A stretch of DNA of 63,973 bases, filler included, from Octopus bimaculoides (lineage: Eukaryota): the NCBI RefSeq assembly GCF_001194135.2. It is 6 parts of 6 records of this genome, joined end to end, with 100 filler letters (N's around TTAATTAATTAA, not from the genome) between each part and the next. Parts side by side here need not be neighbours in the genome. Positions count along the whole stretch, not along the records: positions 10,701 to 32,285 come from NC_068981.1; 5 more parts are not named here. One strand, written 5' to 3'. Every line of letters starts with the position of its first letter. Position 1 is the stretch's first letter. Under the pieces are notes generated by a model that did not search any database, was not told where the DNA came from, and saw nothing but the letters and a program-made list of their open reading frames with translations. The position numbers and the translations under genes were made by a program. This document shows positions 14,216 through 26,664 of this stretch, piece after piece.

Positions 14216-14262
<47 letters not shown>
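14022..14262 (+). mobile_element. SINE family A copy 4 (5'-truncated) with (ATT)n tail
   Basis: Starts at AATCGTTAGCAC, otherwise collinear with copy 1. Confidence 0.85.
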
Positions 14263-14263
<1 letters not shown>

Positions 14264-14637
14264 GTTTAAAAGAGTTTGATTTGGACCCATACAATTTAAA
14301 GTTTTGTAGGTTTGTCACATGAACATAGCTCATCGGGCTCAGGCAACCAAATCATATATATNNNNNNNNNNNNNNNNNNNNNNNNNNNNNNNNNNNNNNN
14401 NNNNNNNNNNNNNNNNNNNNNNNNNNNNNNNNNNNNNNNNNNNNNNNNNNNNNNNNNNNNNNNNNNNNNNNNNNNNNNNNNNNNNNNNNNNNNNNNNNNN
14501 NNNNNNNNNNNNNNNNNNNNNNNNNNNNNNNNNNNNNNNNNNNNNNNNNNNNNNNNNNNNNNNNNNNNNNNNNNNNNNNNNNNNNNNNNNNNNNNNNNNN
14601 NNNNNNNNNNNNNNNNNNNNNNNNNNNNNNNNNNNNN

Positions 14638-14815
14638 TAAAAGCACCCACTACACTCTCTGAGTGGTTGGCGTTAGGAAGGGCATCCAGCTGTAGAAACT
14701 CTGCCAAATCAGACTGGAGCCTGGTGTTGCCATCCGGTTTCACCAGTCCTCAGTCAAATCGTCCAACCCATGCTAGCATGGAAAGCGGACGTTAAACGAT
14801 GATGATGATGATGAT
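14638..14815 (+). mobile_element. RTE LINE 3' UTR (5' end in gap) with (GAT)n tail
   Basis: About 160 nt differing at only 2 positions from 31547-31710. Homologous to the 3' end of the RTE at 26665-26830. Confidence 0.85.
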
Positions 14816-14827
14816 ATATATATATAA

Positions 14828-15065
14828 TCATCATCATCATCATCATCGACGTCAGTTTTCCATGCTGGCATGGGTTGGAAGGTTTAACAGGTTTCACAGT
14901 CTGTTTTGGCTTGATTTCTATGGTTGGATGCCCTTCCTAACAACAATCACTTTACAGAGTGTACCGGGTGCTTTTTACATGGCACTATCACCAGTGCTTT
15001 TTACATGACACCAGCACCAGTACTTTTTATGTGGCACCAGCACCCACACCAATGCTTTCTATGTA
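14828..15065 (-). mobile_element. RTE-type 3' UTR copy, older, with degenerate internal subrepeats
   Basis: (ATC)n then GTTTTCCATGCTGGCATGGGTTGG...GGATGCCCTTCCTAAC. Confidence 0.75.
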
Positions 15066-15454
15066 ACACCTTAGCTTTAGGATGGTGCTTTCAGATTATC
15101 CTGGTTCTAATACTGGCAGGAATTGGTCACAAGTATTTCACAAGTATAGGGGAACAACAAAAAATTATTCCGGTATTATATTCACTAAATATCTTATGGA
15201 TTTTTCCCGCAAACACTCCACAGTATAGAAGTACCACCGAGACCAATTGCTTACTGCAATAGATGCACCCTCTTTACTGAGGTATTAAAATGTTAATGAT
15301 GTTGGTGGTAATAATGATTTGTATGACCTCATGTTTACTACACAGTAAATATTTCACAGATATTCTAATAAATACAACCTGATGTTCTGACTCAATTAAT
15401 GCTCTCAACCACTACAGACATCCATTAGTAGTTACAATTACATAGACTTATAGG

Positions 15455-15749
15455 ATTAATGTATATGTGTGTGTCTGTGTGTGGTGTGTATGCATGTGCA
15501 TGGTGCGTGTGTGTATGCATGGGTATATGTGTATGTATGCATCAGAGTATGTATGCATGTGCATGGGTGCATGTGTGTGTGTGTGTGTCTGTGTGTGGTG
15601 TGTATGTATGTGCATGCTTGGATAAATGTGTGTGTATGTGTGTGCATGGTGCATGTGTGTATGCATGGGTATATGTGTGTGTATGCATTAGAGCATGTAT
15701 GCATGTGCATGGGTGCATGTATGTGTGCGTGTGCATGTGTGTGTGTGTG

Positions 15750-15790
<41 letters not shown>
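15455..15790. repeat. higher-order GT/GCAT minisatellite (~105 bp unit, 2-3 copies) ending in (GT)n
   Basis: The block GTGTGTCTGTGTGTGGTGTGTATG...GCATGTGCATGGGTGCATGT recurs at ~15470 and ~15585. Confidence 0.7.
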
Positions 15791-15791
<1 letters not shown>

Positions 15792-15794
15792 CAG

Positions 15795-16290
15795 TTGTAA
15801 ATAAGTGTCACTGCCATGTCTAAGAGGCAACATTCATTTCCAGTCTTCTGTGAAAACACATCCAGCTATGGGGAAATTTTACTTACCTTAGAAACAGTTG
15901 ATAATTGGCAAGAGGAAAAGCATACCACCATAGAAAGTCTGCTGCAATGAATTCTATCTGACCCATATAAGCATGGGAAAATTAGCATTAAGATGATAAT
16001 GATGACAATGGTGATGATGATCATGATGATTAGGATGACCATCATCATCATTATCGTCTCAAACGAAAGGTCACTTGATGACATTGCTGGTATTGTTGTC
16101 ATGTAAAAAGCCATACAAAAAGCACCCGATACACTCTGTAAAATGGTTGGCATTAGGAAGGGCACCCAGCCATAGAAACTATGCCAAAGCAGGCAACGGA
16201 ACCTGATGCAGCACTCTGACTTGCCTAGTTCTTATTAAACTGTCCAGCTCATGCTAGTATAGAAGATGGATGTTAAATGATGACAATGAT
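15795..16290 (+). mobile_element. two old retroposon copies with RTE-type (GAT)n tails
   Basis: 15795-16030 ends CCCATATAAGCATGGGAAAATTAGCATTAAGATGATAATG. 16110-16290 contains GGTTGGCATTAGGAAGGGCACCCAGCC and ends GATGTTAAATGATG. Confidence 0.6.
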
Positions 16291-16329
16291 AAACATCCAC
16301 ATCTCCATAATTAATGTTTTAACATCAAG

Positions 16330-17290
16330 ATAAGGAGGGTACCTCAGTGCAGTTTCTTGGTCTGTTAGAAGTAGCAGCCAAATTTCCCTCAAATCACACC
16401 ACTCTGTCTTAAAAGAGGAAGGATACACTAAATTATGTAGAGCTGGATACATTATATCTGAATAAAAGTGGAGATAGTCATAGCTGGAATTGCTTATATC
16501 ATAAATTTGGTCTATTAGAGTTGACTCTAAATTTTAATTACTTTTCTTTATTGCCATAGGTTGGACAAGGTTTCCACAACTAAGGCATGTCTATTCTGCA
16601 TGCCTTAGTTGAAGCCCAACCACTCTTTCATTTCACTTGTACTCTGTGGCTTGACCTGTCAGAAATAATATCGAAATTTTCATTACATCACACCTTACCA
16701 TCTGGATTATATGACCACAAATATAGAATGTTTAAAGTAATAGATTGAGTGTGGCTGAACACTTTGGTTATAGGTCTACTTGATCAAAATTGAGCTGGGG
16801 TTAAACAATGATTTGTTTTTATATAGGCTAGCACATCTTAAGACCCATCAGAATCTTGTGTTACACATGTCTTAATACTGTAGCACAGATATGAATAATT
16901 GGGAAATATCACACACATTTGGCTGTATCTTAGTGAAGTACCCTTAAGACAGTAAAACCTCAATTCTAATACATTTTACTGTAATAAGTAAAAACTACAA
17001 TCAAAGACTGCAATAATCTTTATCGTAGTACAATGTCTTACAGTTTTAGTATTTTAGTATTTGGTGTTTAGAGTTGTGGTTGGTGGTGTTTAATCTTAGG
17101 TCAGGCCTGAGTGACCAAGTCTTTGAGCAAAAGCATTCCAACAATGACAGTTCCATCCTTTCAAGTGTATCTAGAATCACACTACATTGAATAGGTCTTT
17201 CCCATTTTTAAGATCATGAAGTGTGATTAGAGACAGATTTAGCTGCTATTTCTAAAGGGTCAAATGGTCATGTAGCAAGCTCCATCTTTG
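16330..17290. mobile_element. cluster of an old dispersed repeat (motif TAGAAATAGCAGCCAAAT..CTCAAATCACAC), copies in both orientations
   Basis: Motif at ~16368 (+), ~16658 (+) and ~17225-17255 (-). Related hits at ~33880 (-), ~35865 (+) and ~62295 (+). Confidence 0.5.
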
Positions 17291-18439
17291 GTTCCTATTT
17301 AGTGCATGACTTTAATATTTCAAGGTGTCTCTATGGTAAATAGCATAATATTCTGTTGCATCATCTATGCCATCAGTCTGGCGCAAACTGTGGCTCATGA
17401 CACTTTTTACATGACATCCTAACTAAAAATTATCTTTAATTTTTCAGTACTGTAACCAAGCCAATGATGAGACATGTCTCATGTAGCCCACTCCTCAAAA
17501 AAAAGATTGCCTATGCCTGATCTATGCAATTAGATTAGTCTCTGCTACTTATTGAAATTGTAGGAGTTTTTTCAATTTATATCAGTGGTGAGTCCCTTAA
17601 CTGATTTGATAACTGGTACACCAAAAATCCTTTCCTCACATGGAACTATCATCACAATCTGAGGTATACCCCACAGAAAAGTTAAACTTAATTCAGAACC
17701 AACAAGAATATACACTATTTCTCCTTACAGCAGTAAGCTTTGCCTATTCAGACAGTTATTTAGGGCTAGGTGGAATGGTCCAGAGTCATTGTCAGGAACA
17801 TAACATGGCACAAAGGAATAGATTTGATCTATTCACCTTTTTACTGGCTATCAAGTCCAACATAGCCTTAGAGATTTTCACATGTCAACATTCTATGAAT
17901 TTCAATAGTTCATAGTAGAACAGTCATCTTTAGTCACTTAGTATAGTGGTGACTGTTATGTTATACTGTCTTTTGTGTCTCCACTATGATAGTTACTGTT
18001 ATCTATAGTATCTTCCACCTCCTCCTCCTCCTCCTCCTCATGATCATCATCATCGTCAACACTGTCATCATCTTCATCATCATCGACACCGTCATCATCT
18101 TCATCATCATCATCATCATCTGTTGAGCCTTTTCTGTCTTTAGATTGTCTATACTCAATATGGACATGAACTTTTGAGTTTGGCACCTTTTATATTTCAT
18201 GTTTTGGTTTCATTAGTCCATCTTGAAGAGGTTACTTCATATAATGATGATGATGTAGACAGGATTTTGGATTTAAAACGTACAAACCAGGGATAGATAA
18301 TGCTGAAACATCCCTGCACTATCCATCTATTCATCATCTGATTCTCTAATGGTTCCACCCACCCATCCACCCACCACCTACACTGGAACTTTCTTTATCA
18401 ACCTCAAAAGGATGATAGAATGAAAAGCAAAGTGTCTAT

Positions 18440-18760
18440 ATTATACAAGCCATTACTATCATTAGTATTGTAGTCTTTTCAGACTGTTATACAAAACTCT
18501 CTCTCTATATATATTTGTAGTATAGCTGTCACTACTTTCCACTGTATAGTAGTCTTTATTACTTTGGGTATAGTAGTTTAATATCAATAGCACAGTAGTC
18601 ATTGTAGTCTATCTATGTTACAATAGCTTTAATGTCTATAGGTATAGAATTCACTACTTTCAATGATATAGAAGTCACTAATCTGTTCACTGTAGTTATC
18701 TTTACTGTTTATAGTACAGTAATTGCTATTCCCGAGAGTATTGTAGTTTTCACTCTTTTC
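18440..18760. repeat. cryptic degenerate 24-bp tandem repeat
   Basis: TATAG-initiated units at 18521, 18545, 18569, 18643 and 18667 (spacings 24, 24, 74, 24). Confidence 0.6.
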
Positions 18761-19679
18761 TCACCAGTACAAGGCATAAAAATTCACTGGCAATCATAAT
18801 AATAAGATGAGGAATTATAAAATTTTACAATATGTAAAACACACACACACACACACACATGCATACACACATAATGTTTGCATATGTGTTTTTTTCATGT
18901 TTATATTATTTATTCATCTATTTTCTCCTGTTATTTCCTCAGCAAGGATATTTACAAGAAATATGTGGGGATGATTCAAAACCCAATTCCATAAGTTGAT
19001 AGCTATTTTTCCTTCACCAAATATATGCCATCTTTTCTCTTACTTTTTCTTTCTTTCCTTCTTTCTTTCTTTTCTTTCTTTCTTTCCTTCTTTCTTTTCT
19101 TTCTTTCTTTCTCTTTCTCTCTCCCTCTCTCTTTCTTACTTTTTGTGTTCTTTCTACAGCACTGGAGAGCTTTGTTTCTTCAAAAAATACAGAAAAATAC
19201 AAACGAATAAATAAATGTAATATAAAAGTAAATAAATAAAAATAATAAAAAAAAAAAGTCAGAATAGAATCAAATAAAGAAAACAAAGAAAGAAAGAAAG
19301 AAACAACGAATAAATGAACAAACAAAATTAAACACAACAACAACAACAAAAACAAGCAAATATGAGCAAGCAAAGAAACAAAAAAAATGTAGAATAAAAC
19401 ATTTAAATTAACCCATGATGAGAATCACACACATGCTTACACACACACAGAGGCATATGCACACAAATACACACACAAACGCACACGTATATAGATGCTC
19501 TCACATAAGCATACATATTCACAGAACTCTTCCACATATGAATACGCATGGAAATATTGCATCTTCTGGTGATCAATACAGATTCTGCTAGCAACCACAA
19601 AATGTCATTAAAGTACAAGAAAACACATGACAAATTTCATATGATTCACAATAAGGATAAACAGCAATATAATACAACT

Positions 19680-20203
19680 GTTAGCTGTTATATGTGTATG
19701 AGAGAGTATCTGACTGTGTGTGCATGTGTATGTGTGTGTGTCTAAGAGAGAAAGAGAGGGAGGAAGAGAGAGAGAGAGAGAGAGAGAGAGGTAGTGTGTG
19801 TGTGTATTGGTGTTGTGTGCCAGTGTGTACGTGTGTGTGTGTGTGTGTGTGTGTGATTGAATAAATGTGATAGAAAGAAAGAGTGCTTGTGTGAGAACAT
19901 GTATGAAAGAACATGTGTGTGTGTGTCTGTGCGTATGTACAGTTGAGTGTGTGTGTGTGTGTGGCTGTGTATGTGTATGTGTGTGTATGAGAAAGAGAGC
20001 ATATGTGTATATGTGTATGTATGTGTGGTCGAATGTGTGTGTGTATATAATTGTAATGTGTCTGTGGGTAAGTATGTGCATGTGTTGCTGTGTGTATGAC
20101 TGAGTGTGTATGTGTGTCCGTGTGCCTGTGTGTGTGTGTGTGTGAGTGTGAATGTATCGCTGATTGCATGTGGGTATATGTATGAGTGAGTGTATGAGTG
20201 TGT

Positions 20204-20246
<43 letters not shown>

Positions 20247-20926
20247 AGAGAGAGAGGGAGAGAGAAAAAGTATGTGTGCACGTATGTGCTTGTGTATAAA
20301 TGTGTGTGTGTGATCTGTGAGATATGTATGTGTGTATGGTTGAATGATGTATGTGTGTGCTTGTGAAAGTGTATCTGAGAGCTTATATCTATGGTTGAGT
20401 GTGTATTTATGTGTTTTAGTGTGTGTATGGTTGAATATGTGTATGTGTATATGCCTGTGAGTAAAAGTGTGTATTAGTATGTGTATGTATGTGTGAATAT
20501 ATATGTGTCTGAGAGTAAATTAGTGTTTCTGCGTGTGTATGTGTTGGTGAGTGTATGGTGGAATAGTGAGAATATGTGTATGCGCCTATCTGTAANNNNN
20601 NNNNNTGTGTTTGAGTGTGTGTATGTAGGAATGTATATATGGTTGTGTGTGTTAGGATGTGTGTGTGTATTGTATTATCATGATTGTGATTGAAGTGCAT
20701 TAGTGCAATAGTGTGTGAGGTTGTATGTCTCCTTGTATGTATGGTCGAGTATGTGTTGGTGGATGTATGAGGTGTATGTATGTGTATGTTGGTGTATATG
20801 GTTAAATGCGTATTGGAGTGTGAGTTTGTATGTCCGTGTGTTGGAGTGTGTGCAAAGTTTTGTATCTTTTGGTATGTGTGTGTGTGTGTGTGTGCGTGTT
20901 TGTATATTGGTGTATGCATTACTCTG

Positions 20927-20961
<35 letters not shown>

Positions 20962-21323
20962 GTGTTTGTATATTGGTGTATGCATGGCTGTGTGTGTGTG
21001 TGTGTCTGTGTGTGTGTTTGTATATTGGTGTATGCATGGCTGTGTATGTGTGTGTGTGTTTGTGCATTGGTGTATGTACATCTTGAAATGTGTGTGTGTG
21101 TGTGTGTGTGTGGAGTTTGTATCAGTTGGTGTGTGTTTGTATGGCTGAGTATGTATGTGGTTGTGTGTTGACATATGTATGATTCCGTGTGTTATATGTG
21201 TGTGCATATTAGTTTGAGTGTTAATGGTTGTGTATGTAATGATTGGAATGCGTTTGTTGTGTGTTTGTGTGTGTCAGTTTGTGTGTTATGGTTGAATGTG
21301 TGCATGCATATACATGCACGTGT

Positions 21324-21363
<40 letters not shown>

Positions 21364-21949
21364 ATGTGTGTGTGTGTATTCCTTTGAATTTGTATGGATG
21401 TATGCTTATAAGTGTCGGCTCACATAAGTATAACTGCGTGCATGTGTACACATTGAAATATGTGTTTACAACTATCTGCAAATGTGTGTCTATGTATTTG
21501 CGTACTGGTGTGTTAATGGTTTGTAAACAGTTTATATGTGGTTATATATACGGTTCAGTAAGTGTGCGTTAACACAAGAATATGAAGATGCATGCAGAGA
21601 ATGTGATCTTCTGCTTGTATGCATGTGTGTATGTATATGTATTTATGGTTGAATGTATGTATTTTAATGTGATACTCTGTGTGTATGTTCAAGTGGGTTT
21701 GCTTGTGAAGATGAGATCATATGTTGTATGCGTGTGTGTTGTGTATATTCCGTGTTTGATTGTGGGTGTATATAAGGGTATGTAAATTCAATAATGTTTA
21801 TGTATGTTTGAGTGTGTGTGTGTGTGTGTATATATATATATGTATATATACATACATATATATACATATATAAATACGTATATATATATATATATACACA
21901 CATATATATACATATATATATTCATATATACATATAAATATACATATAT

Positions 21950-21994
<45 letters not shown>

Positions 21995-22604
21995 NNNNNN
22001 NNNNNNNNNNNNNNNNNNNNNNNNNNNNNNNNNNNNNNNNNNNNNNNNNNNNNNNNNNNNNNNNNNNNNNNNNNNNNNNNNNNNNNNNNNNNNNNNNNNN
22101 NNNNNNNNNNNNNNNNNNNNNNNNNNNNNNNNNNNNNNNNNNNNNNNNNNNNNNNNNNNNNNNNNNNNNNNNNNNNNNNNNNNNNNNNNNNNNNNNNNNN
22201 NNNNNNNNNNNNNNNNNNNNNNNNNNNNNNNNNNNNNNNNNNNNNNNNNNNNNNNNNNNNNNNNNNNNNNNNNNNNNNNNNNNNNNNNNNNNNNNNNNNN
22301 NNNNNNNNNNNNNNNNNNNNNNNNNNNNNNNNNNNNNNNNNNNNNNNNNNNNNNNNNNNNNNNNNNNNNNNNNNNNNNNNNNNNNNNNNNNNNNNNNNNN
22401 NNNNNNNNNNNNNNNNNNNNNNNNNNNNNNNNNNNNNNNNNNNNNNNNNNNNNNNNNNNNNNNNNNNNNNNNNNNNNNNNNNNNNNNNNNNNNNNNNNNN
22501 NNNNNNNNNNNNNNNNNNNNNNNNNNNNNNNNNNNNNNNNNNNNNNNNNNNNNNNNNNNNNNNNNNNNNNNNNNNNNNNNNNNNNNNNNNNNNNNNNNNN
22601 NNNN

Positions 22605-22663
<59 letters not shown>

Positions 22664-22917
22664 TATATGTTTATGTGAGAATGAGGTTTCAGTGCATGTA
22701 TATATATGTATGAGTATGAAGATATATTTGTGTGTGTGTATGTGTGTGTGTGTGTGTGTGTTTAAGTGTATGTATTAAGAGTTGACTAACATATTGTCGT
22801 TTGTATATGTGTGTTGGTACATGAATGCAGTAGACGGTATGAGTGTGTTTGTGTATATGTTAACATGCAAAATATGTTTGTGTGTGCTAGTGCGTATGAG
22901 TATGTGTGTGTGCGTGT

Positions 22918-22949
<32 letters not shown>

Positions 22950-22999
22950 CTGTCTGTCTGTTAGTTTGTGTATGTGAATATGACTGAGTGTGTGTATGT

Positions 23000-23077
<78 letters not shown>

Positions 23078-23330
23078 TTGCAGGTAAGAATAAGTTCCTG
23101 GTTGGCAGTGTCTGTATGCCTATGTGAATGAGAGAATATGTGTATGCATGCAGCAGTGTTTGCAGACAAGAATGTGCTCGTGTGTTTGTTTTATATGTAT
23201 GCTTCTGTCCGTGTGTTGGTGTATGTGCTAAGTGTGTGTACACATGTGCATGCGCGTGTGTGTATATGAGTGTGTGTGTATACACGTGTCTATATATGCA
23301 GAGGTGCATGTATGAATGTAACAACATTAA
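19680..23330. repeat. multi-kb degenerate TG-rich simple-sequence domain with (GA)n, (TA)n and ~45-bp subrepeats
   Basis: Strongly TG-biased plus strand. The unit GTGTTTGTATATTGGTGTATGCATGGCT recurs at 20900-21080. Contains gaps. Confidence 0.9.
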
Positions 23331-23547
23331 TAATTTAATGTTTCTGTACTAGTGTATATCAGAACTGAAACTTAGCTCATTGTGTTTGTGTTTGCTTTAG
23401 TGTATGTGTGTGTATGTGGAAGCCTGCATCTCCATGAGTATGAATATGAGAATTCATCTGAGAATGCATAGCACCCACACACACACACAAACACCTATGA
23501 ATCATACATACATACATACATACATATATGTGTGAATGTATGTATGC

Positions 23548-23633
<86 letters not shown>

Positions 23634-23647
23634 GTGAGTGTATATAC

Positions 23648-23681
<34 letters not shown>

Positions 23682-23806
23682 GTGTGTGTATCGTATATTC
23701 ATACATTCAAATATTTTTGCTTGTACGTGTGTAGCATATTAGGATTAATTAATTTATTTGTTTGTATATTTATTTACTTATTTACCAGTGTGATTCACAA
23801 AACACA

Positions 23807-23851
<45 letters not shown>

Positions 23852-24674
23852 CACAGACAATTCATTTGCTGTAATTTTCAAGAAGTAACAAAGTTATAAA
23901 TGACTGCAATTTAAACTAGCCAACCAAAATGTATAATCTGCTCTCTTAGTTTATAATACCAGTTACACTGCCTAAACAGCCATTTCCATCTGTGTAATAT
24001 TAGAGCAATTTTGCCGACAATACAATCAACGATTTTCCGCACAGAACTGGCGGAATTATGACAGAAATCGATCGCAGTCGACGACCGGCCATCTATAAAA
24101 GCATACAATGTTCTTTGTATTGCTGTCAATATGAGCTACTTGAGTTCCTAACACATCTGTCTACATATCCTGACTATCACATGCGATAGCAGATTTTTGT
24201 TCCTCCAAAGAAAAGAATTTGTAGCAGAGTATGTTGTATATGTATGTGTATATGTATGTGCATGTGTGCGTGTGTGTGTGTGGAGGTCTGTGTATGTGTG
24301 CATGTGTGCGTATATCAGTGTACTTGTGTCTGTGTGTGTATGTCAGGGTGCTTGTGTCTGTGTGTGCGAGTGTTTATCTCTCCAGCAGAGTGTATATGTA
24401 TCTTTGTGTCTGTGTGTGCATTCATATTTAATCATCTTAACAGAATATATGTGTGTATGTGTGTGAGTGTGCATCACTCTAACAGAGTGTATATGTGTAC
24501 ATGTGCATTATTTCTTTGTGCATGTGTTTTGGAATGTGTATGTATGTGCGTATGTGGAGAGAGTGAGAAAGAGAGCAAGAGACTGAGAGAGATTTGGATA
24601 GATAGAGAGATGTAGATGAAGATATAAATAGATAAATAGAAAGATGGGTACAGAATGATGTGCTACAAGGTAAA

Positions 24675-24718
<44 letters not shown>

Positions 24719-24769
24719 CACATACATATATACACATCACATATGCCTATATATATTTGTATGTGTGTG

Positions 24770-24965
24770 TCTTTGAATCTGTGTTTGCCCCTCCACTGCC
24801 ACTTGACAACCGGTGTTGGTGTGTTTATGTCCCCTTAATTTAGCAATTCAGCAGAAAAGACTGATAGAATAAGTACCAGGCTTAATAAAAAGTACTGGGG
24901 TCAATTCATTTGATTAAAATTCTTCAAAGTTGTGCCTTAACATATCTGCAGTCTAATGACTAAAT
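24770..24965 (+). mobile_element. SINE family B 3' half
   Basis: CTTGACAACCGGTGTTGGTGTGTTTA...GATAGAATAAGTACCAGG...TGGGGTCAATT, matching 26230-26400. Confidence 0.7.
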
Positions 24966-25966
24966 CATACGTATATACATACATACATATATACAAACTT
25001 ATACAGACACACAAAAAAAAGAAAGAGAATGGTGTAATTGTTCAACCTCTACTTTTGTTTTAATAAAGTGCAGAAACAAGAGTGTGCGTAATTTTTGACT
25101 TAACCTCATACATATATATGTGGGGAAGGGCGTAAATCTGTGGTTGGAGCAAAGTTTCCGCCAGCCCAAGGGTGACATGGTGGTGGAACAGTGAGATAGA
25201 GAGGGCTATAAAAGAGACGAGATGGGCTTGGAAAGACTGGAAGAGTGGTGGGTAGCAAGGAACCATATCATGTAACTAAAAGAGAAGCTAGGCATCAGGT
25301 GTATCTAGCAAGGGCAGAAGGAAAGTGGAAGAGTTTTGCCAATGTCTTACAGCATGAAGATCAGAGACTTGAGGTGTTCCATATTACCAGACAGTGTGTT
25401 GGAGAGAAGCAAGGTGTAGGAGAGAAGCAAGATGTAGGAGAGAGGTGTGTACAGACAGATAATGGTATACTTGCTCTTAGTGATCTTGAAAAAAAAGTGG
25501 TGTGAAAGACCTACTATGAAAGTAAATGCAGTGAATGAATGAATGAAAGAAAGGGAGTCTTCCTCATGTGAACCCAACAGAGGGATCAGCTATCCTAGTT
25601 GACAGCAGCATGACAAATAAGGCTATTAAAGATATGAACGCAAGGAAGGTCCCCTGGCCCATCAGGGGTCAATGCCGAGATACTCCAGATATCTGGTAGA
25701 GTTGGATACAGTTTAGTCACCTAAATAGTTAATCAGGTTATTCAGGAAGACATAATTCCTTGCGACAGGTGTGGTAGCATCATCGTGAGCTGCTACAAGG
25801 GCCAGGGAGAAGCCTTAGATAGAAATAATCATAGAGGCATCAAATTGCTCAACCAGGTGATAAAAGTTGCAGAGCCCAATTAATTAGGAACAGAATTAGG
25901 CTAGTCCAGGGCAGAAGCACCATGGATGCTATTTTCATAGTCAGGCAAATGCAAGAGAAGTATTTA

Positions 25967-26136
25967 GTATAAGTGTTGGAGTGGCTGTGTGGTAAGTAGC
26001 TTGCTTATGAACCACATGGTTCTGGGTTCAGTCCCACTACATGGAACCTTGGGCAAGTGTCTTCTACTATAGCCTTGGGCCGACCAAAGCCTTGTGAGTG
26101 GATTTGGTAGACGGAAACTGAAAGAAGCCCATCGTA

Positions 26137-26184
<48 letters not shown>

Positions 26185-26415
26185 GTATGTGTGTGTGTTT
26201 GCGTGTCTGTGTTTGTCCCCCCCCAACATCGCTTGACAACCGATGCTGGTGTGTTTCCATCCCCGTAACTTACCGGTTTGGCAAAAGAAACTGATAGAAT
26301 AAGTACTAGGCTTATAAAGAATAAGTCCTGGGGTCAATTTGTTCAACTAAAGGTGGTGCTCCAGCATGACCACACTCAAATGACTGAAACGAGTAAAAGA
26401 GTAAAGAGTAAAAGA
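25967..26415 (+). mobile_element. full-length SINE family B inserted in the RTE RT domain
   Basis: A/B boxes, CCTTGGGCAAGTG core, internal (TA)n/(GT)n, 3' body and (GAGTAAAA)n tail. It splits the host between EKYL and AKNK. Confidence 0.9.
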
Positions 26416-26664
26416 GCTAAGAACAAGCTATTGTACCTGGCATTTGTTGATGTAGACAAAACCTTTGACTGAGTACCTTGCTTTGTGATATGGTGGTTTC
26501 TGAGGAAGCTAGGGATAGACAAATGGCTTGTGAAAGCAATACAGGCCATTTACAGGGGTACTGTTAGTAAAGTAAGAGTTGGCCATAGGTACAGAGATGA
26601 ATTTTGTACACAGGTAGGAATTCATCAGGATTTGCTTCTCAGTTCCCTCATCATCATTATCCTC

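Noticed and set aside
19608-23888. Many long ORFs rich in HT, CV or YI
   Set aside because: Translations of (CA)/(TG)/(TA) repeats and N runs.
23911-24129. CpG-rich 72-aa minus-strand ORF after a TTTTATAG acceptor
   Set aside because: The frame compatible with the 37623 donor stops after 11 codons, and no domain was recognised.
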